A stretch of 63,803 bases of DNA, filler included, from Dicyema japonicum (GCA_011109175.1; 6 parts of 6 records of this genome joined end to end with filler, not necessarily neighbours in it), one strand, 5' to 3'. Positions 24,525 through 38,293 are shown, numbered from the whole stretch's first letter. Notes: generated by a model from the letters alone, not told the origin. Numbers and translations are program-made.

Positions 24525-26340
24525 CAGTCCCGGTCAAATGTTATATGCAGGTCGATAAAATTAAAAAAAGTTATTGTATTTTCAATACAATTCATTTTTT
24601 TAAAATTTTTTAAAAAGCAAATATATGGATAATTGTTTTATTTATCGATATTTATTTGTTTTTTAATAATTTTCCTTTTGTTTATCGAAATATTAAAGAT
24701 TAAAAAATTTTATCAAATTTTTGGCCAGTCATATGTTATATGCAGGTCGATATATTTTTTTAAAAAGTACATTTTTACATTAAAAAACCAAACACTTTAT
24801 TTATAAAAAATTAAATTGTTAGAATTTTGTATGTCCTCTTTTATTTAAAAGAACCGAATTTATTTTTCTTGGCATCGATTCATACAAATTTGTAATAAGC
24901 GAATCATCAATTGACTTCCAGGCGTTTTTCACAACCTCCCAGAGTTCTGTGACATTTTTAGGAGATTTTTTACCAACTTCAAGCTTTAATTTACTCCAAC
25001 AATGCTCAATTAAGTTGAGATTTGGCGATTGACCTGGCCAATCTTCTAACATCTTAATTTCATTTTTATTCAAAAATTCTTTTGTCGCCTTTGATCTATG
25101 GGCTGGAGCACCATCATGCTGAAACATATATTCCGCATCATATATTTCAGCAAATCCAATGTTTAGTATCCTTTTATACTCATCAGAATTAACGTATTTA
25201 TTACATATTATTAAAGATTTTTTCCCATCAGCACTAATAGCTCCCCATACCATTATTGCAAGTGAGTTTTTTACGGTTTCGGAAATATATTTTGATAAAA
25301 TTTTTTCACCATTAGGCCTTCGTACGTATTTTCTAGATGTGGCGATTAATTGTATTCTACATTCATTAGAAAAAATAATTTTTTTCCAATCATTTGAAGT
25401 CCAGTTAAATTTTCCATTACACCACAATTTTCCTTTTCTTTTATTTGATTCCGAAAGCATTGGTTTTTTTACAGAAATTCGTCCAAATAAATTATTATTT
25501 CTTAGAATTCGTCTAACTGTTTCGACACTTGCATAACCTTCGATATTTAAATCTCTTCTGATCTCATTAGCGGTTTTCTTTGGATTTTTTTTTGATATGC
25601 GAGCCATGTTTCGTACTGTGCGTTCATTCAAGCATTTCTTTCTTCCTGTTTTTTTTTATCTTCGAAACCATTTCCATCCATAAACCGTTTGTATATGTGC
25701 TGAACAGCAAAGCGGGAAATATTGAGAATTTTGGCAACTTTACTTTGGGAAACTCCACTTTGCAACAAAAGTACAGATTTCTGTCGATTCCATATTGATA
25801 CACGAGGCATTTAAATGAAGCATGGTTTTATTTTAATTGAATATTAAATATTAAAGAATAATTTAATCAANTTTTTTTATCTTCGAAACCATTTCCATCC
25901 ATAAACCATTTGTATATGTGCTGAACAGCAAAGCGGGAAATATTGAGAATTTTGGCAACTTTACTTTGGGAAACTCCACTTTGCAACAAAAGTACATATT
26001 TCTGTCGATTCCATATTGATACTCGAACCATTTAAATGAAGCATGGTTTTATTTTACCTGAATATCAAATATTAACGAATAATTTAATCAAAAAATCTTA
26101 TATATTTAATTTTTTAGCGACCTGCATATAACATATGACTGGCCAAAAATTAGATAAAATTTTTCAATTTTAATATTTTGATAAACAAAAAAAAATTATT
26201 AAAAAAACAAATAAAGATAGATAAATAAAACAATTAACAATATATTTGCTTTTTAAAAAATTAAAAAAAATGAATTGTACTGAAAATACAATAACTTTTT
26301 TTAATTTTATCGACCTGCATATAACATTTGACCGGGACTG
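24525..26340 (-). mobile_element. Full-length Tc1 element with long IR/DR TIRs; transposase inactivated
   Basis: TA-flanked ends CAGTCCCGGTCAAATGTTATATGCAGGTCGATA; ~230-bp TIRs with inner repeat (24721-24752 / 26116-26149). Transposase spans 25810-24819 with a frameshift near 25630-25650; FSDE is FSNE and SPDLNPIE is SPNLNLIE. Confidence 0.95.
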
Positions 26341-26342
26341 TA

Positions 26343-26538
26343 GATATATAAAACGACCTGGTTTGAACGCCTGTTGATAAACGATGTTTGTCGTCCGTCC
26401 TTCCTTGGCATATATGAATAAATTTTCTCTTCTGCATACCCTTGAGCATCCTAAATACAGCTGTCCATGTGAAAAGCACTCACTCTCTAAAAATAAGCCA
26501 ACTATCTTAATGACTGTCCCTGGGCCTTGCGGGAGTTT
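26343..26538 (-). mobile_element. Helitron PIF1 helicase C-terminal remnant
   Basis: KAQGQSL / IVGLFLESECFSHGQLYLGCSRV...NLFIYAKEGRTTNIVY. Confidence 0.75.
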
Positions 26539-26638
26539 NNNNNNNNNNNNNNNNNNNNNNNNNNNNNNNNNNNNNNNNNNNNTTAATTAATTAANNNNNN
26601 NNNNNNNNNNNNNNNNNNNNNNNNNNNNNNNNNNNNNN

Positions 26639-27838
26639 AATGAGTCATATAATCCAACCAAATAAAATGCTCCTCGATGGAAATATTTTTGCAGAAATTT
26701 CATTGTCCCGCGCTCTTGTTTATTTGTTATTTTTTTCCCTCCAAGCGCTTTAAGAGCTTCTTGTCTTTGCTCCTCAGTCATGCTGTGGAATCGTTCGTTT
26801 TCCAATTTTTCTTTTTCGATTCTAACAAATAATTTTTAACATTTTAATGCCTTTCAGCCTCATCCTTGTCCATTTTCTGTCTTTTCATCTGTCTGAGAAC
26901 CCAACATTTATGGGCAATTTCAGCATCCTCATGCTCGGAGTCAATCTCATCAATTTGTGTAGGAGCGGGATTCTTCTTTGCACCAATTCTATTTCCTTCC
27001 TCAATCAACTTGAAAATCAACTAAAATATGATTTTACTCTTAATGAATGTTGTCTTTGTTCTTCTCTTATTTTAATGGCCTCAATTTCCAATTAATTCTA
27101 TTTCCTTCCTCAATCAACTTGAAAATCAACTAAAATATGATTTTACTCTTAATGAATGTTGTCTTTGTTCTTCTCTTATTTTAATGGCCTCAATTTCCAA
27201 TTTTTTCTCTAATTCTTCTTTCTCTTCCAACTCTTTCAACGTTATGCGGTCCTTCTTGCTCACAAACACAGGTTTGGGCAGAGGTTTTACATCCTCTTCT
27301 ACAATTTCTTCATATTCCTCATATTCTAACAAATTATGTTAATTAATAATGACTACCTGAGACAAATTCGTCTTCGTCGTCAGATTCCGGTTCAGGTTGG
27401 TGCTTTTTGTCCAAAATTTGTTGTCTCAACATTTGTCTCTTCTCGTATAAGTGATCTTCGTCTTCAGACTCATTTTCTTTCTTGATTTCTTTATTTAAAC
27501 TAAGATATAAACAAATTGAGGGGTAAACTCTAAATTTTCCAATTCTTTTTTGATATTTATGTCAGATATGGAATATGTTGAGATGAAATTGGGAATTGTG
27601 CTGATATTTTTTATTTCCTTCTCTTTTATCTCTTCGTGATCTTCTAATGTGTCGAAATTAGGCCTAGGTATTAATGATATTGAGAAACCTTCGTCCAGAT
27701 ATATAACGTTGGACTTTTACTTTCTGCATAGATATTTCACCTTTAAGATGTATTTTTGAAATTAATACCTTTATTATTTTTAAATGGAACAGCACCAGCA
27801 GTTGAATTAACAAAATTAACATTTTTGTTAAGAGACAT
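26639..27838 (-). CDS. MFAP1: Microfibrillar-associated protein 1 (spliceosome B-complex), 3' end lost in a gap
   Basis: NSTAGAVPFKNNK|GEISMQKVKVQRYISGR; KPLPKPVFVSKKDRIT; MTEEQRQEALKALGGKKITNK...KFLQKYFHRGAFY; micro-introns; artefactual ~110-bp duplication. Confidence 0.9.
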
Positions 27839-27959
27839 AACAACAACAACTGATGTCAACAAATATTTATTCAATTAATATTTAATTAAAATTATTTAAT
27901 AAAAAATAATTAATTAATAATTTATTTTAAATTAAACGGCATTTATTTTTTTGATATTA

Positions 27960-28274
27960 TAAATCGTCACGCACCGGCAGCCAGTATCGCATGCATGCTG
28001 CCTCGAAGAACTGCAATTCCAATACGTTGGTGAAGCCAATACCGCGACTGTCCCTCCTTCGTTTAGCCAGCATGCCCCCAATTACCTTAAGGAATTCCGC
28101 AGTTTTGGATCCCACTACGCCAGACGTCTCTATCGAGATTGGGACAAAACAGAAAAGTTTTCCGATCTCCAAATACTTAGATATCTTCGCCTTTTCTGTT
28201 GCATTAGCACCCCAACCGGGAGAATTGATATTTCGAAAAATCATTGACTGGGAGAACGTGTCTACGCACGTCGC
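27960..28274 (-). mobile_element. CRE-like non-LTR retrotransposon RLE domain (3' end)
   Basis: ATCVDTF...ATEKAKISKY...FCFVPISIETSGVVG...FLKVIGGML. Confidence 0.65.
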
Positions 28275-28854
28275 NNNNNNNNNNNNNNNNNNNNNNNNNN
28301 NNNNNNNNNNNNNNNNNNNNNNNNNNNNNNNNNNNNNNNNNNNNNNNNNNNNNNNNNNNNNNNNNNNNNNNNNNNNNNNNNNNNNNNNNNNNNNNNNNNN
28401 NNNNNNNNNNNNNNNNNNNNNNNNNNNNNNNNNNNNNNNNNNNNNNNNNNNNNNNNNNNNNNNNNNNNNNNNNNNNNNNNNNNNNNNNNNNNNNNNNNNN
28501 NNNNNNNNNNNNNNNNNNNNNNNNNNNNNNNNNNNNNNNNNNNNNNNNNNNNNNNNNNNNNNNNNNNNNNNNNNNNNNNNNNNNNNNNNNNNNNNNNNNN
28601 NNNNNNNNNNNNNNNNNNNNNNNNNNNNNNNNNNNNNNNNNNNNNNNNNNNNNNNNNNNNNNNNNNNNNNNNNNNNNNNNNNNNNNNNNNNNNNNNNNNN
28701 NNNNNNNNNNTATTGAGATTGAGTCGATGTAAAAATATATCCTTTTCAATTATATATACACAAATATATTTTAAATGTAAAATCAGAATACAATTTTTTA
28801 TAAATAAATTTTAAAAATAATTTTTTTATTAAAAAACGTAGCAAAATTAATCAA

Positions 28855-30838
28855 ATGCACTACGAGTTTTGTTCTAATATTGCTAACATAGAAAAACTAA
28901 TAATCCATGAAAAAAAAGTTTGGGGGGATAAAGTATTCTGTCTATATTTGAACTTTTGTAGAATATTATAACTTTTAGTTTATCATTTAAGCAGATTTTA
29001 GAAAGATTTCAGCCATTAAGCCACAAATTTCGAATAAAAAATTGGAGTCAAGTTTTCAAGATTAAAAAAGCCAAAATTAAACCTTATAATAAACAAAGTA
29101 AATTTAAGATTGATAATGAAACGAGTATTTTTACATATATTTAACATTAGAGACAATTCCTCCTTATTTTTGTATTTATGAGGACAGGCATGAAACAGTG
29201 ACCTTTGTTCTCAGCGAATTTTCAGCACACAGCTCAATTCAACTCAATTCAAAAATTTCATTTCTGTTCGTTTTTATCATTTACTTAGAAAAAATATTGT
29301 TTCGATATTATTGCATTATTTTACTCCGGATACATCCATATTTGTCTTAAAGAAACTAACATCAAATCCAAAATATATGTTTCCTATATGTTATTATGAC
29401 TGTGAACTTCTGAACAAAGCCTTTCATAATCTTCTTCACGGGAAATTGGTTATAATTACGGTTAATAAAAAATAGAATAGATATTTGCATATATTCAAAG
29501 AATTTAATGGTTGGAATTCTTGTTATACTGATTGGACAATTTGGATATTTAATCTGATTCCTTTTTCTTATTTGGTTTAAAAAATAAATAATTTTTTAGT
29601 TAAGAGTACTTGATGCTTATTTTATATATGGAATAAAAATAATCTTCAAGTTTGGAATTGCACTTTTTCTGATTTTTACTGGTGCTGAAAGTTAAAATAT
29701 AAAATTATTAAAATCTATAGAAAATGACTTTGAGCTTGAACAAATGAAAATATTTTATAGTTCTTTTAAATTTCAGGATCTTTTTAAGGTAATTTCAACA
29801 TATTTCTTATAATAAATTAGACAGCATTTTCTTTGAAATTTACAGATGAGGACATTGAAGAAGCATTGGTTCAGGATAATACTATTTTGCTGAAATCATC
29901 AAAAATTGATTATAATGAGGNGATTAAACAAATGAGAATGTTTTATAGTTCTTTTAAATTTCAGGATCTTTTTAAAGTAATTTCAACATATTTCTTATAT
30001 TAAATTAGATAGCATTTTCTTTGAAATTTACAGATGAGGACATTGAAGAAGCATTGGTTCAGGATAATACTGTTTTGCTGAAATCATCAAAAATTGATTA
30101 TATTGAGGAAAATATACAAAATCTAAACTCCAAAATTATAAATGTCAATCAAGTAAATAATTTATATTTATATTGCTTAGCTTAAAAAACTATACTCAAA
30201 TATGCCATTCAGAATGGGCTGTAAATCCCCACAGATAAACTTCTGCACTGATGAAGATGGGTGGAGTTTTCAAACGTTTTATAAAAGATTAAAAAAACAT
30301 CAAGAGTCTATAATTTTAATTAAAACTCATAACAACGAGGTAGTTTGTCAAAAAATAATGATTGAGANAACTTCTGCACTGATGAAGATGGGTGGAGTTT
30401 TCAAACGTTTTATAAAAGATTAAAAAAACATCAAGAGTCTATAATTTTGATCAAAACTCATAAAAACGAAGTAGTTTGTCAAAAAATAACGATTGAGAGT
30501 TTTGGGGTGTTCAGTGGATGTAAATTAGATATTCTAATGGATGAAAAGTGTTATCAGGGAAATGGCGAAACTTTCGTGTTTAGTCTCAGTCCAGATTTTT
30601 CTGTACATCACTGGTCAGAAATAGAAGGTAATCAAATGTTTTTTATCCTGAATTCTGAATATTTTTCTGTGGGCGATGGGTTTGAATATTAATATTTAAA
30701 ATAAGTTCTATTGAAGCGATTTTTGTTTTTAATGATCTACTTTCTGGAACAACTCATAGTTGTTCTACGTTCAATAATCCTCCATTGGCTTCGAATGAAT
30801 TTTCATGTATTAAAATCGAAATTATTGGATTTAGTTAA
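28855..30838 (+). CDS. TBC1D24: TBC + TLDc domain protein (TBC1D24/Skywalker-like); start approximate
   Basis: TBC part YTDWTIWIF...RVLDAYFIYGIKIIFKFGIAL; TLDc part FCTDEDGWSFQTFY...FGVF...YQGNGETFVFSL...FSVGDG...GTTHSCSTFNNPPL; stop at 30836-30838; contains duplicated blocks. Confidence 0.65.
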
Positions 30839-31330
30839 AATATCATTTGTTTATTCTATATATTTTGACTAAAATAATAAACATATTTCCATCATATATA
30901 AAATACAAACAGAACATTTAATTTTGACCTACGTCTCGAAAGTTTGTGTCGTAAATACTGGAAGGAGAGAAGAAAATAATGTAGGAACATCCGAAACAAG
31001 AAAGAGACGGAAATGCGTGGGAAATAATGAATTTTACCGTCTTTCTAGTTCAATCAGCAAGCTCAGCGTGAAGAAGAACACTTCAATCGGAACAATTTCT
31101 ATCAGTTCCTAGACGTNTTGTTGCTATAAACCTTATGACTAGAAATTCATTAAAGAAATATTCTTGTACGAATATATCTAGCTCAAAACTCGACCAAATC
31201 CTTATTTACCAAATAGCCACAAGATATGAATACGGGTTTCGACTGCTAATAACAAACAAAACTGTCGGTTGCTTAACCGATACGCAATTATTTTGTTCAC
31301 TATCTGATGACGGTTCGTCATTTCCACATA

Positions 31331-31852
31331 CAGTCCAACCCCTTATTGGGGCGACCCCGGACGTGGGGCACCCTCGGTTTTTGGGGCACTTTGAATTTTT
31401 ACTAGGAGTTTTTTAGTTTATAAACCCCGTTATGGGGCATTTAATATTATATATATTTTTTAGTTCTAATTTGTAAATTTTATTTTAAAATAAATAATAA
31501 TAATAACGTGTTTCTCTTGTTATGCCGAAGAGAATTTCTGTCAAAGACAAATTAAAGATTGCGAAGGCTTTAAAAACTAAAAATATAGATCGATTAATTG
31601 GATCAATTAATATGGATCGATTAAATTTAAAAAATTAACGATGGATCGATTAATTCAAAAGTACAAATTCGGAGAGAAAATAAAGGAACAAGTAAAGACT
31701 AAAGATTAAAATCGTTAAATAAAATTTAAAATACACATCTTTTGGTTTTAAACTAACAAAACGTTAATTTTTTTGTTAATATCAAAAAACCCCTCTATCT
31801 GGGGAAACCCCTGTTTTTGGGGCACTAGGTGCCCCAAAAAGAGGTTAGACTG
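31331..31852 (+). mobile_element. Non-autonomous pogo-like element (MITE-like)
   Basis: TA-flanked TIRs CAGTCCAACCCCTTATTGGGGC / GCCCCAAAAAGAGGTTAGACTG; residual MPKRISVKDKLKIAK. Confidence 0.75.
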
Positions 31853-34339
31853 TATTCAGGGGGAAATATTTGTGCCCAAACTGCTTCTTGGTGGATAATG
31901 CAGTGAAATCGTCAGATCTTGGCCCAATGACTTTAAGTAAATTAAAAAAGCCCTTATGTGCTCCTCTTACACTTGGCGCTCCATAAGTAGATATCCACAC
32001 TTGGTGAGTGGTTTATCACTTTATCTTTTAGATAACTCACAACAGTATCACAAATGTCTTGCCCCGAGCTCGAAATTTGAACGGCATGAGTTTAATCGGT
32101 TCTTGATATGGCCTTTTGGAATTATAGTGGTATTTGTACATTCTCGTTAATATTACTTGACTCGTCACATACAATTAAAAATGCTTCAGCTAAATTTATA
32201 TCAGAAATTTTCATACTGGCAATTGAAAATGCTGATATTTTCTAAAATTTTAATAATTCTGTCGTTAACAGTCTTAGCAGAGAGAAGCATGTCTTAATTT
32301 TCTAAATAATTTTATTTTTGTTTTTGAATCATAGCCATTAGGGGCCACTATAAGGAGGCTCGCTAGCAACAGGTTGNTATTAATAATGTATTGTAATGTA
32401 TTCAATATATAGAATTTATCGACAGATCACATGTGCATAAATAAGTGCCCACTAGACCAGAAATCTGAAAATGAATTAATTATAAAAAATAATGAAATTA
32501 TTAAAAAAATAAGTACAAATTATATAATATTAATAGATATTCCAACAATCATCAAATCTATAAATTTGACAAAAAACTCAACATTTTTAATCGGAACAAT
32601 CAGTCTAATAATCCCGTTGATGTATAATCAAATAAAAATATGTTACTTATCAAAATGCAGTTCAAAGCTGGAAAATGGTTAATTCTAATAACTAAAACAC
32701 ACTCAGGTACAGTCAGACTGATCTTCAGTCCTACACCATCAACCCACGTACTAATTCTATACCTGACGACCCATCAAAACTACGAAATTGAATATCACAT
32801 AAATTGTAGTATTCTCTGTTCTAATCGACAGACACATCTAAGGAATATGGCAGTGGTACTCCTGTTTGGATTAGTTTAGAATATAGACAGTATATTATTA
32901 GGAATGTCACCAAGATTACGGTGTCGGTTATTATTTTAGTCATGTTTATCGGTTATTATAAATATATGTAATGACTAGTACTGATATACATCTATGTTAT
33001 CAATAGAAGGAGAGTTCTGCATTCATACTACACTAACATTCAGAAAAACGAAATCGAACCGTTCGTTATTGAGCTTGACGAGTCTCCCTATCACTCTACT
33101 GCTAATTTAAACATATTATGAATATACTTATTATTCAGGAAATACATTTTGTTCTTTTTTACATATAAATTAGGCAGTTCATTGATCTTAACGTCACATT
33201 TATTAAACACAACACATTATGTTATTATTAAAGACTTTATCTCTGCATTCGTGATTATACTCTCCAGTGTTTTCTTCAACATAACTGACTGGATGTAGGT
33301 CCGAGTTCCGTCTTCNATATACTTATTATTCAGGAAATACATTTTGTTCTCCTTTACATATAAATTAGGCAGTTCATTGATCTTAACGTCACATTTATTA
33401 AACACAACACATTATGTTATTATTAAAGACTTTATCTCTGCATTCGTGATTATACTCTCCAGTGTTTTCTTCAACACAACTGACTGTATGTAGGTCCGAG
33501 TTCCGTCTTCGATAGCCAACTTTTCAACGTAGTTCTTGAGTTGGAAAACATACTGATCTATGAATATAAGAATTTGACAAACGCGGGAGCAATAGCAAAT
33601 GACAGCATCTTAGACGACTCCTTGTTGATGTCAGTTCTGCTGCTCATGCCCTGCTAGCAATCAGTCTTCAGTCCAAATGAAACCAGCAATCATGTATTAA
33701 CTGTTCATTAATGAAGACAGTCTGTTTGATTCGACTATGTTCCCTACATATTAATTATAACTTTTTATTACTTGAATTTCCATCCTAAGATTTAACTAAT
33801 GGCTTGTGTGAAGTAATAATCCCCGAATTCGAACTGTAAATATTTTTGCCCGCATTAACCTATGGAAAGTAATACTTACGATCTCGCTGTCAAGTAATTT
33901 TCAATATTTTCAACATTTAGGGAATGTATGGTTTTTACAATGTTTGAAGCTCAACATCGGAGCATATTATTTTCACGTTTTTGAAACATTTTCGATTACC
34001 AGAAGATTGTACTATAAGTTAAGGTTTTTTTAGTTTTTAGAAAGTGACCTTCGAGTGCTTTGATGGGCTAAAGAATTAAATTTTTGTAATTGATCGTGCC
34101 GGCACATGGAGCTATTCAATTTTCTAAACATCTCTACATTCAGACAGAGGGACCGACCTATAGTTTATTTTTTGTTTATAAGGTATTAGGAATTAGTAAA
34201 AATATACGAACCAGGATTCTTTAGATAAATCCAATTTCTTTGATTTTTTAGGAAAATAAATGGTTATGGAATGTATTTTTGTCGACGAAGTTGATTCCAA
34301 GTAAATTTACTAATTTTTTATGGTTGAATGAATGAATAT

Positions 34340-37011
34340 TTATTTACAAGGAGAAACCGAAAAAAGAGAGAGATAAATTAATGAGACAATGTATGCCTCT
34401 TCTGCGTTGTTCCCTCTTTTTTTATGATTAGTTTCAGAATCGAGAGGCAAATGCTCTCTCAAGAACACTTCCAATCTTTTCCGTCGCGTCGTCCATCTCC
34501 TGAGGGATGGGTTGGTCCAGCTGGAGCCCATTTGCCAATTTGATGGCATATCGTCTCGTCTTTTCGAGCTTAGCGATAATGCCATTCCTTTCGGCAGTGG
34601 GGTACCATCCCTCGAACCCGTAGGTAAGCACTGGTTCGACGCACGTTTTATAAACAAATAAAAACGTTTCCGGACTAAGGTGAAAGTGGATTATGCTCCT
34701 GAGGATTTGAGCGCATTTCCTCCTCCTCGAATCGATGTATCTGAAGTAAGAACCCTTGGCTCCAACTTCAACCCCAAGGTATTTTAGGTTCTCAGTTACT
34801 GTAAACCCATGGAGGTTTCTCGGCGGTTTTCGTTTTGCTCTCTGTTTCGCAATCCAAGTGGCGGTGCACTTTTCTTTTGCGAGTGTCAGTCCTTTTGATA
34901 TGCACCACTCTTCCACTCTTGACACGTATCCTTTCAATTTCCTCCACGAAATGTCTTTTCTCCACGAAGCGTCTGTTATTAGAATGTCGTCCGCGTAGAT
35001 CATAAGATGACTACTGGGATCCACTGGCTTTGGGATGTTGGCGATGTAGATATTGAATAGAAGAGGGCTCAAGACCGAGCCTTGAGGTACTCCTCTTCTG
35101 AGATCCACGGGTTCCGACATTCGGCTCCCACATCTTATGTACGACCGTCTCGTGGATAGATAGCTCTCCAGCCACCTGACCGTCCGACACCCGGGTTTGA
35201 TTTTGGCGACACTTTCCAAGAGTCCCAGGTGCCATACGCTGTCAAATGCCTTTGAGATGTCAAGGCAGATAGCGATGGTGCATATTTTGTCTGCAAGACT
35301 GTGCGAAATGACTTTCTCGAGCTCTCCGAAGCAATTTCCACAAGATCTTTTGCGTCGAAAACCCCACTGCTCCGCTGCAAGCGCACCTGACTCCTCTACG
35401 AAGTTTGAAAGCCTGGTGAAGATAATCCGTTCCATAATTTTTGAGATTGAGCATATTAGACTTATTGGCCGATAATTTTCTGCACGGTCCTTGCTTTTGC
35501 CAGACTTTGGAATCATACGCACGATTGACTTTTTCCAAGAGTCTGGTACGTATCCACATCTCCAACTTGCATTGTATAGAGCGGCCAAGTGTCGTAGGAG
35601 AATTTCCGGGGCATGTTTGAAGACAGTAATCGGAATGTAGTCATAGCCAGGTGCGTTGTTTTTGCAGCCCATAATGGCATTATACGTTTCTTCTAACGTT
35701 ATGACATGGCACAAAGGTCCCGTACGACTCGAGTTTGCTTGGAGACTTCTTAGTGCTTCACGAACAAATTCTTTAGGAACCGTATCAATCGGGTCCACCT
35801 CTTGAGTTTTTGCCAATTGTTCACGCAGATATGAGGGAATCTCTTCAAGTGAGACGGCCAGTCCATCAGCCGATTTTAGCCGAATCTCTTCTCCTTTGCT
35901 CTCTACATGACTGAGTCGATTGAAAATCTTCCAAAATTGAGGGTTTTTCTTATTCAGTTTCGAGCACTGATTCCTCCAAGCGGAGTCTGAATGTTTTCTT
36001 GCGAGATCATTTATCTCTGTTTTCATGATAAGAACTTTCTCCCGAAGACGAGTACAGTCCAAGGGGTCACTACATCGTCTTAACTTCTTTTCAAGGTTCC
36101 CCTTCCATTTTATAAGCTTTCCCAGAGATTCGTCCATCTGTGTCTTTCTGTTGCTATTTGATTTGATGTACTTTTTGACTGAAGATTTTTGAAGGAAGTC
36201 CAGTATAGCTTCTCTGAGAGTTTTATCAAGTTTTTCGATCTGTATATTTGAGGAGATGTTTTCAATTGGATGCTGTATCAGACGCATTTTCATTGCTATC
36301 TCGAAGTCGGACCAGTTTGTCCGAGACGTATCATACCCGATGAAAAGGTCTTCACATATCGTAGTTGATGTTCGCACGCATAATGATTGAGGTAGGTGGT
36401 CGCTGCCAATGTTTATCTCTATTCGTGGTATGTTGCATTGGTGAAAGACGCCAGCCGAAACGAGGAAAACTCTTATCCGGTCTTCCCCGTGATAAGAGAA
36501 ATGGTTTGTTTCTTGCGAGGTCAAAACACTGAAGCCGCATTTCTCCGATAATCCGAGGAGTATCCGACCGTCCCTATTTGTATTTGCGCATCCATATGAG
36601 GTGTGTTTTGCGTTAAGGTCTCCTATTAGAATTCCTCTGTCATGGTTTGCGAAGAAGTCTTCTATAAGTTTAGAATAATTCTTCATTTCTTTGGAGTACA
36701 TAGCTCCTACAGACATCCATCCAAGAGATGTTAAGAGTTCCAAAGTTATCAGTTCACACAAATTTTCTTCTACGATTTTTAAGTCTCTCACCATCAGATT
36801 GTGTTTATAATATATGGATGTCCCAGTACCAGCCACAGCGTCAGGTCGCCACGGGATGCCGATTGATCGAAATCCATCGATTCTGTGATGCTGATTTTCC
36901 TTAAGCTTCGTTTCATTCACAATCAATAAATCCATGTTTACAGAGCTAACCAGGTAGGTTAGCTCCGTAGCCCGTTTTCGAATTGACCGGACGTTGATAA
37001 GCGTAAAAACA
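34340..37011 (-). mobile_element. APE-RT LINE (Jockey/L2-like) with uninterrupted ORF2 and 3' UTR
   Basis: About 850 aa open from the gap to the stop at 34434. APE: INVRSI, NETK, IGDLNAKH, GSDHLP. RT: YRPISL, LDISKAFDSVWH, GVPQGSVLSPLLF, IYADD, YLGV. 3' UTR ends in TAAATAAA. Confidence 0.95.
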
Positions 37012-37456
37012 NNNNNNNNNNNNNNNNNNNNNNNNNNNNNNNNNNNNNNNNNNNNNNNNNNNNNNNNNNNNNNNNNNNNNNNNNNNNNNNNNNNNNNNNN
37101 NNNNNNNNNNNNNNNNNNNNNNNNNNNNNNNNNNNNNNNNNNNNNNNNNNNNNNNNNNNNNNNNNNNNNNNNNNNNNNNNNNNNNNNNNNNNNNNNNNNN
37201 NNNNNNNNNNNNNNNNNNNNNNNNNNNNNNNNNNNNNNNNNNNNNNNNNNNNNNNNNNNNNNNNNNNNNNNNNNNNNNNNNNNNNNNNNNNNNNNNNNNN
37301 NNNNNNNNNNNNNNNNNNNNNNNNNNNNNNNNNNNNNNNNNNNNNNNNNNNNNNNNNNNNNNNNNNNNNNNNNNNNNNNNNNNNNNNNNNNNNNNNNNNN
37401 NNNNNNNNNNNNNNNNNNNNNNNNNNNNNNNNNNNNNNNNNNNNTTGCATTTGTAG

Positions 37457-38293
37457 ACAAGCAATAAATAAGGGGGAGATAAAAAGACTGACTAAAATAA
37501 TATCAGAGTTTAAGAAGGAGAGGGAAAGCGAATTGCAGAATAAAAATGAAATAATAGCTCACTTGAAAGACAAAATACAGGAACTCAAAGCAAAGAGTTC
37601 AATGGAGCAGAAATACATCGACAAGATGTGCAATTTGGAGATGGCTAAGGCACATTCCCTGGCCAAAGACAAAATACAGGAACTCAAAGCAAAGAGTTCA
37701 ATGGAGCAGAAATACATCGACAAGATGTGCAATTTGGAGATGGCTAAGGCACATTCCCTGGCCAATTTGAAAGAAAAAAATTATGTCGGAAATATTCAGG
37801 TAAAATTTGAGTACAATTTCAGCAAATTAGGCGTAAAAGAGAGAATGAAGAAAGATGCACCTCTGAAATTACTAATTTTGTCCAAAGACAAATTGAAGTA
37901 TTATATTTGTGCTTATAATATGTTTTGAACCAAAAGAGCGAAGAATGGGCAGCCAGGTATGACAGTCATGTCGAGGAAAAGCAAAAAGAACTCGATGAAA
38001 TGAAAAATATGAAAGCTTTTAACAAAAAACAGCTGGAAAGACTAAAAATAATGGTATTTGATCGATAGAGTTCAGTGTTACGACTACAGGCATATTATTG
38101 GATCTTATACATATGAGACCAACAAGACAGACTACGAACAGACGATGGATATGGACTTGAATACTGCAGCGCAAACGGTAAGTAGTCATGGTCTTCACTC
38201 TTGTAGATCCAGTCGTGGTTTAGAGGAGTCATTTTGAGACATGGGCTTGTTGCCGTAGGAAAAAAGAAAGGTAAAAAGAAAGCCGCTAAATGA
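37457..38293 (+). CDS. IQCG: IQ motif-containing G / dynein regulatory complex subunit 9, 5' part in a gap
   Basis: EIIAHLKDKIQELKAKSSMEQKY, EEWAARYDSHVEEKQKELDEMK, IQ motif IQSWFRGVILR and basic tail KKKGKKKAAK* match human IQCG colinearly; introns mostly 22-29 nt; a 114-bp duplicated block. Confidence 0.85.
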
